From an uncultured Bacteroidales bacterium (GTDB taxonomy: Bacteria; Bacteroidota; Bacteroidia; Bacteroidales; VadinHA17), in assembly GCA_963760915.1 (NCBI GenBank), contig CAVXEU010000003.1:266370-330369 (forward strand): a DNA stretch of 64,000 nucleotides, given 5' to 3'. Numbering within the stretch: position 1 is the first letter of the stretch; each line of letters opens with the position of its first letter. The notes below the pieces were generated by a model that was not told where the DNA came from, searched no databases, and worked only from the letters and a program-made list of their open reading frames with translations. Below are positions 34,639 to 44,858 of this stretch, in pieces. Position numbers and translations under genes: made by a program.

Positions 34639-36269
34639 CCTAAAATCCGCATGTTGGATTTTGTGAAGTCTTTTTTTATGGATTTCTACTATTTTAATTG
34701 ATTTAGATGGTGCAATTCAGAAAAAAACAAAAATAGTTATCCCATTTTTTACTCAGATTCGAGATTAGCATCAGTATTATAGTTGATTCTCCTTTCTTAG
34801 GGCATATGTTTCCTGTGACACATTGTGCCTTATTATCAGGTTATTAATAGATTGATGTTTACTACCTCTATGTTGAGAAGTTTATTTTTCCGTATATTCT
34901 AAGGTAGTTTTGTCTGGCCCTTTTAATCCATTTTGCAGGCAGGATGATAAACCGGAATAAGAACTTTTTAACTCTAAACGTAGGTTTTAATGACTTGATT
35001 ATTTTTGAGAAGTGGCCAATAATATTATGATAAAGATTTCTACAAATTGCTGTTATATATAAAAATACGGTGTTCTGGTTTAGTTTTGAGAAGGGCATAT
35101 AGTTCCAGCCAAAATCATTTTTCAGTATATCAAACTGTTTTTCCATATTACCACGATGGTTATAGAATTTAGCTATTTCAACAGTGCTCCACTCTGTATT
35201 ATTTGTAAGTATAGCCCGGTATTCATAAGCGTCTTGAGTAAAAAGGTTGAGTTGGCCGTCTTTTTTCGGTTTTCTTTTAACAATCAATCTATACTCATGA
35301 GCAGACTTTTTATTATTACTTGCTTGTCGCTGAAAGGGAGTTATAGTTATCTCTCCGACCTCTATAATCTCATTAGAGGTATCTGTAATGGACATCCACT
35401 TATTGACTTGAGGAAAGTATTTTTCGATATAACTATTCCTGCATCCAATATAAAAATTCTTAACTTCTGCCTCCAGAAGCTTTATAACATCATATTGATA
35501 GGAAGCAGCGTCTGCTCTAAAATGATCAGCTTTTTTAATCCCTTTTGACTTAAGCAGGGTAAAAATGCGTCTTATAGTATCTGCCTGAAAGGATTTTGCA
35601 TCACTGTTTCCATTCCTGTTTTCAATATATAATACCTGTTCTTCATTAAGAGTGCATACCCCAGGCTGATATCCGGGATTCCTCTTATATGTCATCTTAC
35701 TATCACTTTTCTCATTGAATATGATTGTATTATCATAATCAATAATAATTTCATCCTTAGAAAAAGCTCCAAGTTTTTTAAGTAACTCTACATTAAGTTC
35801 CTCCAATTTTGAGTTCCTGTTATAAATATGCTCTACAGTTCCTCTCCTGGTAAAACAATGATTGCTATCTTCAGATATTTCCTTAAGCCTTTTTAAAACT
35901 GTGTCAGAACTTGGCACATTAATAAATGGATTCCTTTGAAAATGTGTCTTCAAGTGTATCTGCAAATCTTCAATGCAATCACCACCACATAAATAAATAC
36001 TTAATATTGAATAGATTATGTCTTTCCAGTTATAAGTACTTTGAGGGGCTAATTCTGGAAGATATCTGTCGAACAAATTTTTGTAATTACCTTCTTCAAG
36101 GTGTTCAAAAACAAAATTTATTCCACCGAATGCGGATATTGTGTTACTATTTATTACTTTCATCTCTGGTATTTTGTGCAACACCAATTTAGGTGAAAAT
36201 ACTTTGGCTGCAGAGCTTTAGTTATTAGAGTTTTGCAGCCTTTATTAACAATATCCTGCGGATTTTAGG
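34639..36269 (-). mobile_element. Complete IS1380-family insertion sequence (1631 bp)
   Basis: The terminal inverted repeats are CCTAAAATCCGCA (34639-34651) and TGCGGATTTTAGG (36257-36269), 13/13 complementary. The 4-bp direct repeat ATTT flanks both ends (34635-34638 and 36270-36273). There is a single DDE transposase ORF inside. Confidence 0.8.
34868..36163 (-). CDS. IS1380-family (IS4-superfamily DDE) transposase
   Basis: The ~431-aa ORF fills the IS. Its N-terminus MKVINSNTISAFGGINFVFEHL... and overall size fit IS1380-type transposases. I prefer the ATG at 36163. The track start 36187 is a TTG. Confidence 0.75.
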   Translation of the reverse strand: MKVINSNTISAFGGINFVFEHLEEGNYKNLFDRYLPELAPQSTYNWKDIIYSILSIYLCGGDCIEDLQIHLKTHFQRNPFINVPSSDTVLKRLKEISEDSNHCFTRRGTVEHIYNRNSKLEELNVELLKKLGAFSKDEIIIDYDNTIIFNEKSDSKMTYKRNPGYQPGVCTLNEEQVLYIENRNGNSDAKSFQADTIRRIFTLLKSKGIKKADHFRADAASYQYDVIKLLEAEVKNFYIGCRNSYIEKYFPQVNKWMSITDTSNEIIEVGEITITPFQRQASNNKKSAHEYRLIVKRKPKKDGQLNLFTQDAYEYRAILTNNTEWSTVEIAKFYNHRGNMEKQFDILKNDFGWNYMPFSKLNQNTVFLYITAICRNLYHNIIGHFSKIIKSLKPTFRVKKFLFRFIILPAKWIKRARQNYLRIYGKINFST

Positions 36270-36311
36270 ATTTATCGGGACTCTGTGTCCCTCTGTGCCA
36301 GTTCTTACTTA

Positions 36312-38381
36312 TTATCTTATTGCTTTTTTCATATCTTCCATAAGAACCACATCCATAAGAGGGAATTCAGTAATACGCAATTTCGCACAGCCATATGGTA
36401 TGAGAGAAATTATTTCCGGATCTGCTTCAGATTTTACAGGGCTCACCGGAGGAATATCAGCCGAATTATCCTTCATCGTCCACTCAGGTATTCTGATACC
36501 TCTGGCTTTAATAACCAGTGGTGCTTCCTGTGTAGTCATGATATATTTCGCCGAGTCAGCTGACCATACCATATCACCTTTATCTGAGAAGGGATATTTC
36601 CCAATTGAATTTTCCGAAAGCCTTAAACCGTTCATAACATTTCCTTTGTCGATAATCAGCCCGTAATTCCAATCACTCTTTGGCGTTATCTCCCAGTCTA
36701 CACTCCCTTTATACCCGAAGTTGTCATAATTGATTTTTATGCTTTTATACTCTTTATCTATTCTAAGTGAAAAATAGAGTGGTCCTCTTAATACAGATAT
36801 CGCATTATTGTATCTTTTCTCGATACGCAAATCCATTGGTATTGATATAAAGATCTGATCTCCGTTTTTCCACCTCTCATTTATTTTATACTCTGAATCA
36901 CCCTTTACAGTTATAGTTTCATTTTTATATTTTAAAATTACAGAATCGGCCCATTCTGGTATTCTCAGGTAAACAGGAAACCTCATATTCTGAACAGTGC
37001 TTATGGTAAGTCTGACAGATCCTTCAAAAGGGTAATCAGTTTCTTCGCTGATCGTCACCTCCCTGCCTTTTCCCACTTTGGCTTTAACTACTGACGGACC
37101 ATATGTTACAAGAGCCAGTCCGTTGTCGTTTGTAGCCATCCACATGTTTTCCACGAATTTGGGCCAACCCTGATGCATGTTAGCCAGACAGCAGGCAAAA
37201 TTAGGCATAAGACCATAAATGTTTGAGTAATCTCCGTTAGTGCTCCAGTTTCTTTTCGCACCGGAAACGACTACCTGGTTTGATTGCTGGTCATACTGAT
37301 GCGACCACATATCCGCTGAAGTTGTCCCGGGAAGCGAGTTGTAGGTAAGAAGTTCCAGTCTGTCGGCTAACTTATTGTCTCCCAGGATGGCATAAAGTTC
37401 CTCAAGTGAGAACATATATTCAACTACTGAGCATAGTTCGCTGCCTCTGTCCGGGCTTTTACCTGACAGATGTTCATCCCCTGAAAATCTTCCGCCTGCC
37501 TGTCCGTGATTGAGATCATACTTTTCAATTCCCGAAAAAACGGCCTTTCTGAACCTTTCGTCACCTGATTGCTGATACCATAATCCCGGGTACTTTATTG
37601 CCATTGCATTATTAACAACATGCGCTGTCAGTCCATCAGGCCCCCAGTTAAGCGGTATCTTCCTGTCAGCCGAGGCGGCAGAATCCCAGGGAAATTTTTC
37701 ATAGTAGGAGGTCCAGTCGAAACTGTTCTTCTCAATTGATTCAATTGTTTCAGGTATCCACGACCCGCCGGTCTGCCTGTACAGCCAGTAACCCGCTACA
37801 GCATTTTCCATGGCCCGTACCCCGCGCCAGTCTTTATCGGGCCAGTCGGGTGGTGAATCGTGCAGATATCTGAAATATTTTGTCAGAACATTAATAGCCC
37901 TTTTATCTCCTGTTGCCTCATAATACTGCATAAGTACCTTATTTGCAATAGCAAGAGGCCACCGGTCAGTGTTTTTGGCAGGTCCATACCAGCCTGTATC
38001 GTTGCTGCTTGCAAGAATAGGCTCGATCCATGATTTTACCTTAGCAATAAGACGTTCGTCATCAAGAAGATAGGCAAGAGGAACAAGACCGTCGAGATAA
38101 TAGGGTCCTCTTTCCCAGGCCTCTCCATCCTTTCCACGCCATGAAGAATTGACCAGATCGGGCCAGAAATCATCGATATTGCCTGTCAGACCCGCAGTCT
38201 GGTTTTCCAGTTGTACTTTAAGCCAGCCCTGAGGCTTTACAGTGCCAAGCGGGAGCTTTATATAGGCATTTTTCAGAAGCGGATCAGGATTGTTTTTATA
38301 ACTTACATTAACATCAATCCTGGTGCAACATGATAAAATATGTGCGGAAATGACCAGAATCAGAAAAAAGTATTTAATCAT
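36312..38381 (-). CDS. GH127/GH146-like (DUF1680) glycoside hydrolase, putative beta-L-arabinofuranosidase-type enzyme
   Basis: The N-terminus is signal- or lipoprotein-like. The ORF contains GSELCSVVEY (E-x-C) and PNFACCLANMHQGW (adjacent Cys-Cys). This is the Cys3-Glu zinc / catalytic-Cys pattern known from GH127. Confidence 0.65.
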   Translation of the reverse strand: MIKYFFLILVISAHILSCCTRIDVNVSYKNNPDPLLKNAYIKLPLGTVKPQGWLKVQLENQTAGLTGNIDDFWPDLVNSSWRGKDGEAWERGPYYLDGLVPLAYLLDDERLIAKVKSWIEPILASSNDTGWYGPAKNTDRWPLAIANKVLMQYYEATGDKRAINVLTKYFRYLHDSPPDWPDKDWRGVRAMENAVAGYWLYRQTGGSWIPETIESIEKNSFDWTSYYEKFPWDSAASADRKIPLNWGPDGLTAHVVNNAMAIKYPGLWYQQSGDERFRKAVFSGIEKYDLNHGQAGGRFSGDEHLSGKSPDRGSELCSVVEYMFSLEELYAILGDNKLADRLELLTYNSLPGTTSADMWSHQYDQQSNQVVVSGAKRNWSTNGDYSNIYGLMPNFACCLANMHQGWPKFVENMWMATNDNGLALVTYGPSVVKAKVGKGREVTISEETDYPFEGSVRLTISTVQNMRFPVYLRIPEWADSVILKYKNETITVKGDSEYKINERWKNGDQIFISIPMDLRIEKRYNNAISVLRGPLYFSLRIDKEYKSIKINYDNFGYKGSVDWEITPKSDWNYGLIIDKGNVMNGLRLSENSIGKYPFSDKGDMVWSADSAKYIMTTQEAPLVIKARGIRIPEWTMKDNSADIPPVSPVKSEADPEIISLIPYGCAKLRITEFPLMDVVLMEDMKKAIR

Positions 38382-38454
38382 ACTGAAGTTTTTAGATCAA
38401 AACCAGACCGGTATCCCTCCGCATATTAAAGAGATAAATCATAGCTTTAATGTC

Positions 38455-40827
38455 TCATTCTACTTTCAATGAACTGGCCGGATTCATCACAGCGGCCTGA
38501 TATGCTTTGTAACTTATTGTTATGAAGGTTATCAGAAGTGTAAGTAATGCAGCCAGAACAATGAGTGGAGCGCCTATATTTGATCTGTAGACATAATTTT
38601 CAAGCCAATCGCTCATAAAATAATAAGCAACTGGTATCGCAATGACTATTCCAAATGTCACAAGTATCAGGAAGTCCCTCAGTACTAATCTCAGAATCAC
38701 ACTTTCGTTTGCTCCGAATACCTTTCTGATACCTATTTCCTTTGTTCGCTGTTCAACCATATATGAAGCTAATCCAAACAGTCCGAGACATGCAATAAGT
38801 ATAGCCAGGACTGTAAAAAGAGTAAAGATAAATCCACGCTTTTCATCAGCTTTAAACTGATCGTTAAATCTCTCCGACAGGTAGCTGTAAACAAAAGGCT
38901 GATCAGGGAATAATTCCTTCCATTTATTCTCTATGAAACTGATGGTAGATTTAGTCTCCTTACCGCTGAGTTTAATGTAAATGATATTATTTAATGGCCG
39001 GTATACGAGCAGGAGTGATTCGATACCGTTGTACATTCCTGTCTGGTGATAATCTTTCATTACGCCAATAACTCTTGCCCTGATAGTATTTGCATCACCT
39101 AATTCAACTTTTTTGCCAATAGGATCTTTCCATCCCATCCGATTTACAAAAGTTTCGTTCACCACAACGCCGGTAAGAGTATCTGAAGGCATGTCTTGCT
39201 GAAAGTCACGTCCCTCAGCCATTTTAATTCCAAGCGCATCAATAAAATCGTGGTCCACAACTGCAAAATTCACACCTTTTTGAACCATACCCTGGTCAGT
39301 CTCCACATTAAATATCACTTTCCCTGATCCTTTTCCTACAGCAGTATTTGTTGAGGTTACATACTTTATATTCGGATCCTCAAGAAGTGTCTGTTTCAGA
39401 ACAGGATATTTGCGTATCATAGTCTGATTATTTAACTGTAGACCTATGATGTCAGTCTGGTCAAATCCCTGATCCATGGTCTTAAGATAATTTAACTGCC
39501 GGAATACAACCAGGGTGCAGATAATCATTATCACGGAAACAGCAAACTGGATAACAACAAGTATCTTCCTGAATAAGCTTCCGGCCGAGCCCTGGGTAAT
39601 TTCCCCTTTAAGAACTGTCACGGGGCTAAAGCGGGAGAGGAAGAAGGCAGGATAACTTCCTCCCAATATTCCGACAATTATTATTACACCCAATAAGCTC
39701 AGCAAAACAACCGGACTATAGATAACATGAAGATCAAACGACTTACCGGCCAGCAGATTAAACTTCGGCAACAATGCAATTAAAATTATTATACTCAGTA
39801 TCATTGCAACAATTGTGAATAGAATTGATTCGGATAGAAACTGAAATATAAGCGGCGATCGTCGTGATCCTACAACTTTTCGGAGGCCAACTTCCCGTGC
39901 GCGTCTGGCAGAGCGGGCTGTTGCAAGGTTCATGTAGTTCATAGCAGCTATCAGAATCAGAAACAATGCAACTATTCCGAAAATATAAACATATGTAATA
40001 CTGCCTGTTGGTTCAGGTTCTGATGCGCTTGTTGAATAAAGATGGATCTTTGTCAGAGGCTCAAGTATGTATTCAATTTTAATCTTCATACTTTCGAAGA
40101 TGGTCTTCATATATGCATCATACATCCCCTGCATCTTTGTTTCAAAGGCTTTGACATCAAAATTTTCCGGAAATAAAAGATAAGTGAACACCCCGAAATT
40201 TCCCCAGCTGCCCAGTTGTTTCGGCAGATTATTTCTTGAAGCAAGAGCATCAAATCGAAAATGAGAGTTATACGGAACATCCTCTATAATTCCGGTAACT
40301 TCAAAGGTATTGGTTCCTGACTTAAGAGTTTTTCCGATAGGATCCGCACTGCCGAAGTACCTGGATGCAGTCTTTTTGGTCAGAATGATCTTATTTGGTT
40401 CCAGAAGGGCTGACTTAACCTCTCCTTCCAGCACCTTATATGTAAAAATATCGAACAGTGTCGAATCTACGTAAAAGAATTTTTCTTCATTGAACTCTTT
40501 GTCTTCATATTTATAAAGAGCGCGGGGCATATTTATAAACCTTACAAAGGATTGAACTTCGGGATAGTCGCGAACTACCTGTGGTCCAAAAGGTATCTGG
40601 GCTACATTCCAGGTGAACTGGTCGTCGGGTTCGGTAATTTTCGATGATACACGGTAGATCCTGTCAGCCTTTTCATTATAACGGTCATAGCTAACTTCAT
40701 CCGCTACATAAATGATAAGGAATAAGGCACTTGAAATTCCAAGGGTTAATCCGAGTATATTCAGAACGCTGTAACCAGGGTGTTTTAGAATATGTCTGAA
40801 TGCTGTCTTAAAAAGATTTTTTATCAT
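38455..40827 (-). CDS. MacB/FtsX-type ABC transporter permease (two FtsX modules with large periplasmic domains)
   Basis: The 790-aa ORF starts MIKNLFKTAFRHILKHPGYSVLNILGLTLG, typical of this family. Each half has 4 TM helices plus extracytoplasmic domains. No ATPase gene is adjacent. Confidence 0.8.
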   Translation of the reverse strand: MIKNLFKTAFRHILKHPGYSVLNILGLTLGISSALFLIIYVADEVSYDRYNEKADRIYRVSSKITEPDDQFTWNVAQIPFGPQVVRDYPEVQSFVRFINMPRALYKYEDKEFNEEKFFYVDSTLFDIFTYKVLEGEVKSALLEPNKIILTKKTASRYFGSADPIGKTLKSGTNTFEVTGIIEDVPYNSHFRFDALASRNNLPKQLGSWGNFGVFTYLLFPENFDVKAFETKMQGMYDAYMKTIFESMKIKIEYILEPLTKIHLYSTSASEPEPTGSITYVYIFGIVALFLILIAAMNYMNLATARSARRAREVGLRKVVGSRRSPLIFQFLSESILFTIVAMILSIIILIALLPKFNLLAGKSFDLHVIYSPVVLLSLLGVIIIVGILGGSYPAFFLSRFSPVTVLKGEITQGSAGSLFRKILVVIQFAVSVIMIICTLVVFRQLNYLKTMDQGFDQTDIIGLQLNNQTMIRKYPVLKQTLLEDPNIKYVTSTNTAVGKGSGKVIFNVETDQGMVQKGVNFAVVDHDFIDALGIKMAEGRDFQQDMPSDTLTGVVVNETFVNRMGWKDPIGKKVELGDANTIRARVIGVMKDYHQTGMYNGIESLLLVYRPLNNIIYIKLSGKETKSTISFIENKWKELFPDQPFVYSYLSERFNDQFKADEKRGFIFTLFTVLAILIACLGLFGLASYMVEQRTKEIGIRKVFGANESVILRLVLRDFLILVTFGIVIAIPVAYYFMSDWLENYVYRSNIGAPLIVLAALLTLLITFITISYKAYQAAVMNPASSLKVE

Positions 40828-40920
40828 GAGTATTTTATTGAGATATAAGGAAATGACATTAAAATTATGCTTAATTTTTTATTATACAAACTATTCCGGA
40901 GGTTTTACAGGTTATCATTA

Positions 40921-42927
40921 TTATTGTTTTTCCTCAAATACCTTTATCTGATCGAACCATGCAACTCCCCGGCCCGGCATCTTCAGAATAAGATTTGTCT
41001 TAAATGAAGGCAATGTATCAGGAGGGATTGTAACAAATGTTACATAGCGTCTCCATTCCTTATCGGGAACAAACCGGGCTTGTCCGAAATCACCTAATAA
41101 TACTTCGGCATATTGCGGTTCGGTTTTTTCGTAATATAGACGATCGTTTTCCTTTTTCGTTGCATATAAAAACCTTTGTTCGGGATCTGATTTTGCCCAG
41201 ATTGAAATTGCATAGGAGGCTCCGGCTTTGACAGTAAAGGGAAAGAACCTGATTGACAGACCTTTATTATCAGCCGGCGTTACAATTCTTAAGGAGTGAC
41301 GACCCTCAAAATATTCCCTGGTATCCAGAAAATAAGTTGCTCCCATGTCCCCACCCGGACGGGCATAGCAGGCAGAAGGTATCCCAGGACTTGAAAGATC
41401 TTCAAATCCCGGATCAAGGATAAGGTTTGCATTTAAAGATACTAAGGACTGATTCTCCGCTTTTAAACTGATAAGATACACCTGCGATCCGAATGGAGGG
41501 AGCTGGTCAGTTATCAGTCCTCCCGAAACGGATAATGAACGATTTTCAAACAGTAACCTGGCCTTTCCATTACTAAAACCGTTTATTTTTATGACGACTC
41601 CTGCAGGTTCATTCTTTTTATTGACAGCCATTACTATCAGTTGCCCTTTATGAAGCCGGGAAGAGACTAAAATATTTTGTGAATACGATTGAACCGGTAA
41701 TGTCTCTTCATCTGAAAGTAGCCATGGCGTCAGTTCTGCTATTTCCATGGCCATTTTGCCACATTCACTCCATGTTGCAGTTGATTTAGGAAAATAGTTA
41801 GGTCCCTGCCTGACAAAATATTGTATACCCGTAGCTCCTTTAATAATTGACTGCCACGTCATCGACCTGATTTCCTGAAGTGTGGGTTCCCGTTCCCATA
41901 GTTCTCCGCCGCCAAAAACCTGCGGAACAATCCACACAGCTCTCCTGCCGGCAAACTCTGCCTTCAGCTGACCGGTAATATCTCCTACCATTGTTACAGG
42001 AAGGGTAGGTACAGGGTAGGGATCAGCCATTACTATGTCAAGTGCATTAGCATATTTTTTTGCTGCAAGGAAAGGTGCCATGAAAACAATAGATACAGGA
42101 TGCCAGGGATCATATTCCTTAACTGTCCTGTAAATTTCCTCAAGCTTTTCGGGTGGGATTTTGTATCCGTTCGGTTCATCAGCAATATACCATCCAAGCA
42201 AAGCCGGATGATCGCGGAAGGTTTCGATCTCAGTAATCAGAAATTCTCTCTTTTCTTCATCACTTAGTCCTTCAATCTTAGATCCGACTCCGCCCCCTCC
42301 TGACACAGAAAGCAGATTGTAATGAACTTTCATGCCAAGCTGTGCACACCTGTCCATGTAGGTTTTTCTTTCGGTAAGTGATTCTGGCAGGATCTTCTGG
42401 TACGGCGAGATCATATTAAATCCCCTTACAACTTCCTCCTCAATAAGTGTTTGCGGTACAGGTGAGTAGCAGTAAAAACCAAAAGGAAAGAATAATTTTT
42501 TATTTACAATCATTCCTCCGGTATACCTGTCAACTTTTACTTCATTAGGTTTATATGTGAGTCTGATTAGATCAGCTGAAGCAAAATAATCTGCCTTACT
42601 TGCTCTTCCCTTGATTCTGATACTTGCTGTAACAATATATTTCCCTGCAGAGGGGGGTATTTCAAACGGGATCATGAATAGTGCCTTCCCCGGTCTGCAT
42701 TCAAGTTCCTTTACAACTGTTCCATCAACCCTTAATATTATGGTCATTTCTGCCCAACATAGGGATGTCGGCACATTAAGGATCATTTCTGCTTCATCTT
42801 CAAATGAATAGAAAGTCTGTCGTGCATTCATTGTAAATGAAGTACTGTCAGTACTCTGACAATACAAATTCTGTCTTGTTAAAAGAATCAATACAACGAC
42901 TAAAGCTTTTGCAGCTTTGCTTTTCAT
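40921..42927 (-). CDS. Secreted TIM-barrel glycosidase-like protein with C-terminal carbohydrate-binding-like domain (function uncertain)
   Basis: The ORF has a signal peptide. HPALLGWYIADEPN resembles the acid/base NEP region of clan GH-A enzymes. The C-terminal ~170 aa (LILDPGFEDLSS...WFDQIKVFE) looks like a CBM or jelly-roll domain. No firm family assignment is possible by eye. Confidence 0.45.
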   Translation of the reverse strand: MKSKAAKALVVVLILLTRQNLYCQSTDSTSFTMNARQTFYSFEDEAEMILNVPTSLCWAEMTIILRVDGTVVKELECRPGKALFMIPFEIPPSAGKYIVTASIRIKGRASKADYFASADLIRLTYKPNEVKVDRYTGGMIVNKKLFFPFGFYCYSPVPQTLIEEEVVRGFNMISPYQKILPESLTERKTYMDRCAQLGMKVHYNLLSVSGGGGVGSKIEGLSDEEKREFLITEIETFRDHPALLGWYIADEPNGYKIPPEKLEEIYRTVKEYDPWHPVSIVFMAPFLAAKKYANALDIVMADPYPVPTLPVTMVGDITGQLKAEFAGRRAVWIVPQVFGGGELWEREPTLQEIRSMTWQSIIKGATGIQYFVRQGPNYFPKSTATWSECGKMAMEIAELTPWLLSDEETLPVQSYSQNILVSSRLHKGQLIVMAVNKKNEPAGVVIKINGFSNGKARLLFENRSLSVSGGLITDQLPPFGSQVYLISLKAENQSLVSLNANLILDPGFEDLSSPGIPSACYARPGGDMGATYFLDTREYFEGRHSLRIVTPADNKGLSIRFFPFTVKAGASYAISIWAKSDPEQRFLYATKKENDRLYYEKTEPQYAEVLLGDFGQARFVPDKEWRRYVTFVTIPPDTLPSFKTNLILKMPGRGVAWFDQIKVFEEKQ

Positions 42928-43370
42928 TATTCACAATGTTTTTAAACTTCTAAAAATAGCCACTTTTAGCATTTGTTTTGTTAAATAAAATATCAAACTA
43001 TGTTAAAATAATAGAGCTTTGACTTTCTCAATTATAAATTGTCACGTAATCAGAATGGTATCAAAATGTTGCAGGCCGGAAATAATTTGTAAAGAACCGG
43101 TACCCGCGATGAATAATTTTTTATTAACTTTCTCACAAAATCCAAAATACCTTGTAAGGTCTTTATAAATCAATAAAATACTGACTTTATGAGCTGACCA
43201 GATTTATAGTGGTCCAGGTTTTGTGGATACTGGTCCGGCACCGTAAGAGAATAAAATTTTCTTCGTGAAAAAACAACATACTGCTTATCGCAATCCTGAT
43301 GGGGAAAATGAAAAATTAATAATTTATTCTATATGCGTTGAAGAGATAAAATAGTTTAAATCAATTAAGT

Positions 43371-44858
43371 ATGACTAAAAGAGTATATTTTCTGTCAGTT
43401 TTTGTCGTCATAATGATTATGACCTCATGTAAATCCGCTACAAAACCCGGCGTAATAAGTCAAAATCCGGCTAAAGAAGATGTTACTGCAGTAAACATGG
43501 GAAATGTGAACTTTGATGATTATTTCATTGATAAAACCATGCGACTCGATTATTTCCACTCAGGAACAGCTACAGAGGAACATTTTACCACAGACAGAAT
43601 TGTTTCTGACGGGATATGGAGCGGAAGTAAAAAGATCCTGACAGATAACCTTGGACTGGGGTTATATTTCTGTGAGATTATTGATAAGGAATCAAAAACA
43701 TTACTTTATTCCAGAGGATTTGCCAGCATTTTTGGAGAGTGGCAGACTATCCCGGAGGCATCAGAGGTATGGGGTACGTTTAATGAATCAGTCAGATTTC
43801 CATGGCCACTCAGACCTGTAACTGTGATCCTCAAAAAACGCGACTCCTTAAACAATTTCGTTACGGTATGGACAACCGATATTGATCCTGCTTCAAGGCA
43901 GGTTAATCCTGCTGACCTCATTCATTCAAACCGCGTTGATATTATTGCTGAGAATGGTCCGGTTGATAAAAAGGTTGATCTGGTTATTCTGGGCGATGGG
44001 TATACGAAAGATGAGATGGATAAGTTCAGAAAGGATGCCACAAGGCTGTCAGGATATCTTATGAATACAGAACCATTCCTATCACACCGCAACGAATTTA
44101 ATATCAGGGCAATAGAAACGCCGGCAGAGTCTTCCGGAGTAAGCAAGCCCCACCAGGGAATATTCAGGCGGACCCCTTTAAGTGTGCATTACAGCAGTTT
44201 TGATTCTGAAAGATATGCTCTTTCATACGATAACCGGACCATAAGAGATATTGCCTCTGAGGTACCTTACGATCTGATGGTTATACTTATTAATGAAAGA
44301 ACCTATGGAGGTGGAGGAATCTATAATCTTTACACAACAGTTGCCGCCGGCAACCTGTTTTCGGAATATATTATGATACATGAAATGGGACACCATATTG
44401 CTGCTCTTGCTGATGAATATTACACATCATCGGTTTCATATGAGAAACCTGAAGTCAAGGTGGAGCCATGGGAAACAAATATTACAGCATTGTTCGACAG
44501 GAACAATCTTAAATGGAAAGATCTGGTTGATAAAAATACGCCCATACCTACCCCATGGAATAAAGAAGAATTTGACAGGTACGGCTATTCTGTACAGAAA
44601 GAGAGAGACAGTCTCCGCGCTGCCAAGGCACCTGAAAATGTATTAGAAGAACTCTTTACCCGCCAGATGATTATGGAGAATGAGTTATTTGCAAAAGAGG
44701 TCTACAAGGATAAAGTAGGTGCGTTTGAAGGAGCAGGTTATCTTTCAACAGGGCTTTACCGACCTCAGGTTGATTGCATTATGTTTACACGTCATATGGT
44801 ATTCTGTAAAGTCTGCAGCAGGTCTATAGAAAATGTGATTGACCAGTATGTGAATTAG
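43371..44858 (+). CDS. M64-family (IgA-peptidase-like) zinc metallopeptidase, probable lipoprotein
   Basis: The ORF has a lipobox-like IMIMTSCKS. The HEMGHH zinc motif sits in the context YIMIHEMGHHIAALADEY, and a GGGIYN segment lies upstream, as in M64. Confidence 0.8.
   Translation: MTKRVYFLSVFVVIMIMTSCKSATKPGVISQNPAKEDVTAVNMGNVNFDDYFIDKTMRLDYFHSGTATEEHFTTDRIVSDGIWSGSKKILTDNLGLGLYFCEIIDKESKTLLYSRGFASIFGEWQTIPEASEVWGTFNESVRFPWPLRPVTVILKKRDSLNNFVTVWTTDIDPASRQVNPADLIHSNRVDIIAENGPVDKKVDLVILGDGYTKDEMDKFRKDATRLSGYLMNTEPFLSHRNEFNIRAIETPAESSGVSKPHQGIFRRTPLSVHYSSFDSERYALSYDNRTIRDIASEVPYDLMVILINERTYGGGGIYNLYTTVAAGNLFSEYIMIHEMGHHIAALADEYYTSSVSYEKPEVKVEPWETNITALFDRNNLKWKDLVDKNTPIPTPWNKEEFDRYGYSVQKERDSLRAAKAPENVLEELFTRQMIMENELFAKEVYKDKVGAFEGAGYLSTGLYRPQVDCIMFTRHMVFCKVCSRSIENVIDQYVN

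Noticed and set aside
43190-43250. Direct repeat TGGTCC[A/G]G spaced 21 nt apart upstream of the M64 peptidase gene, as a response-regulator site.
   Set aside because: There are only two short copies, with no known matching motif, and the similarity is at chance level.
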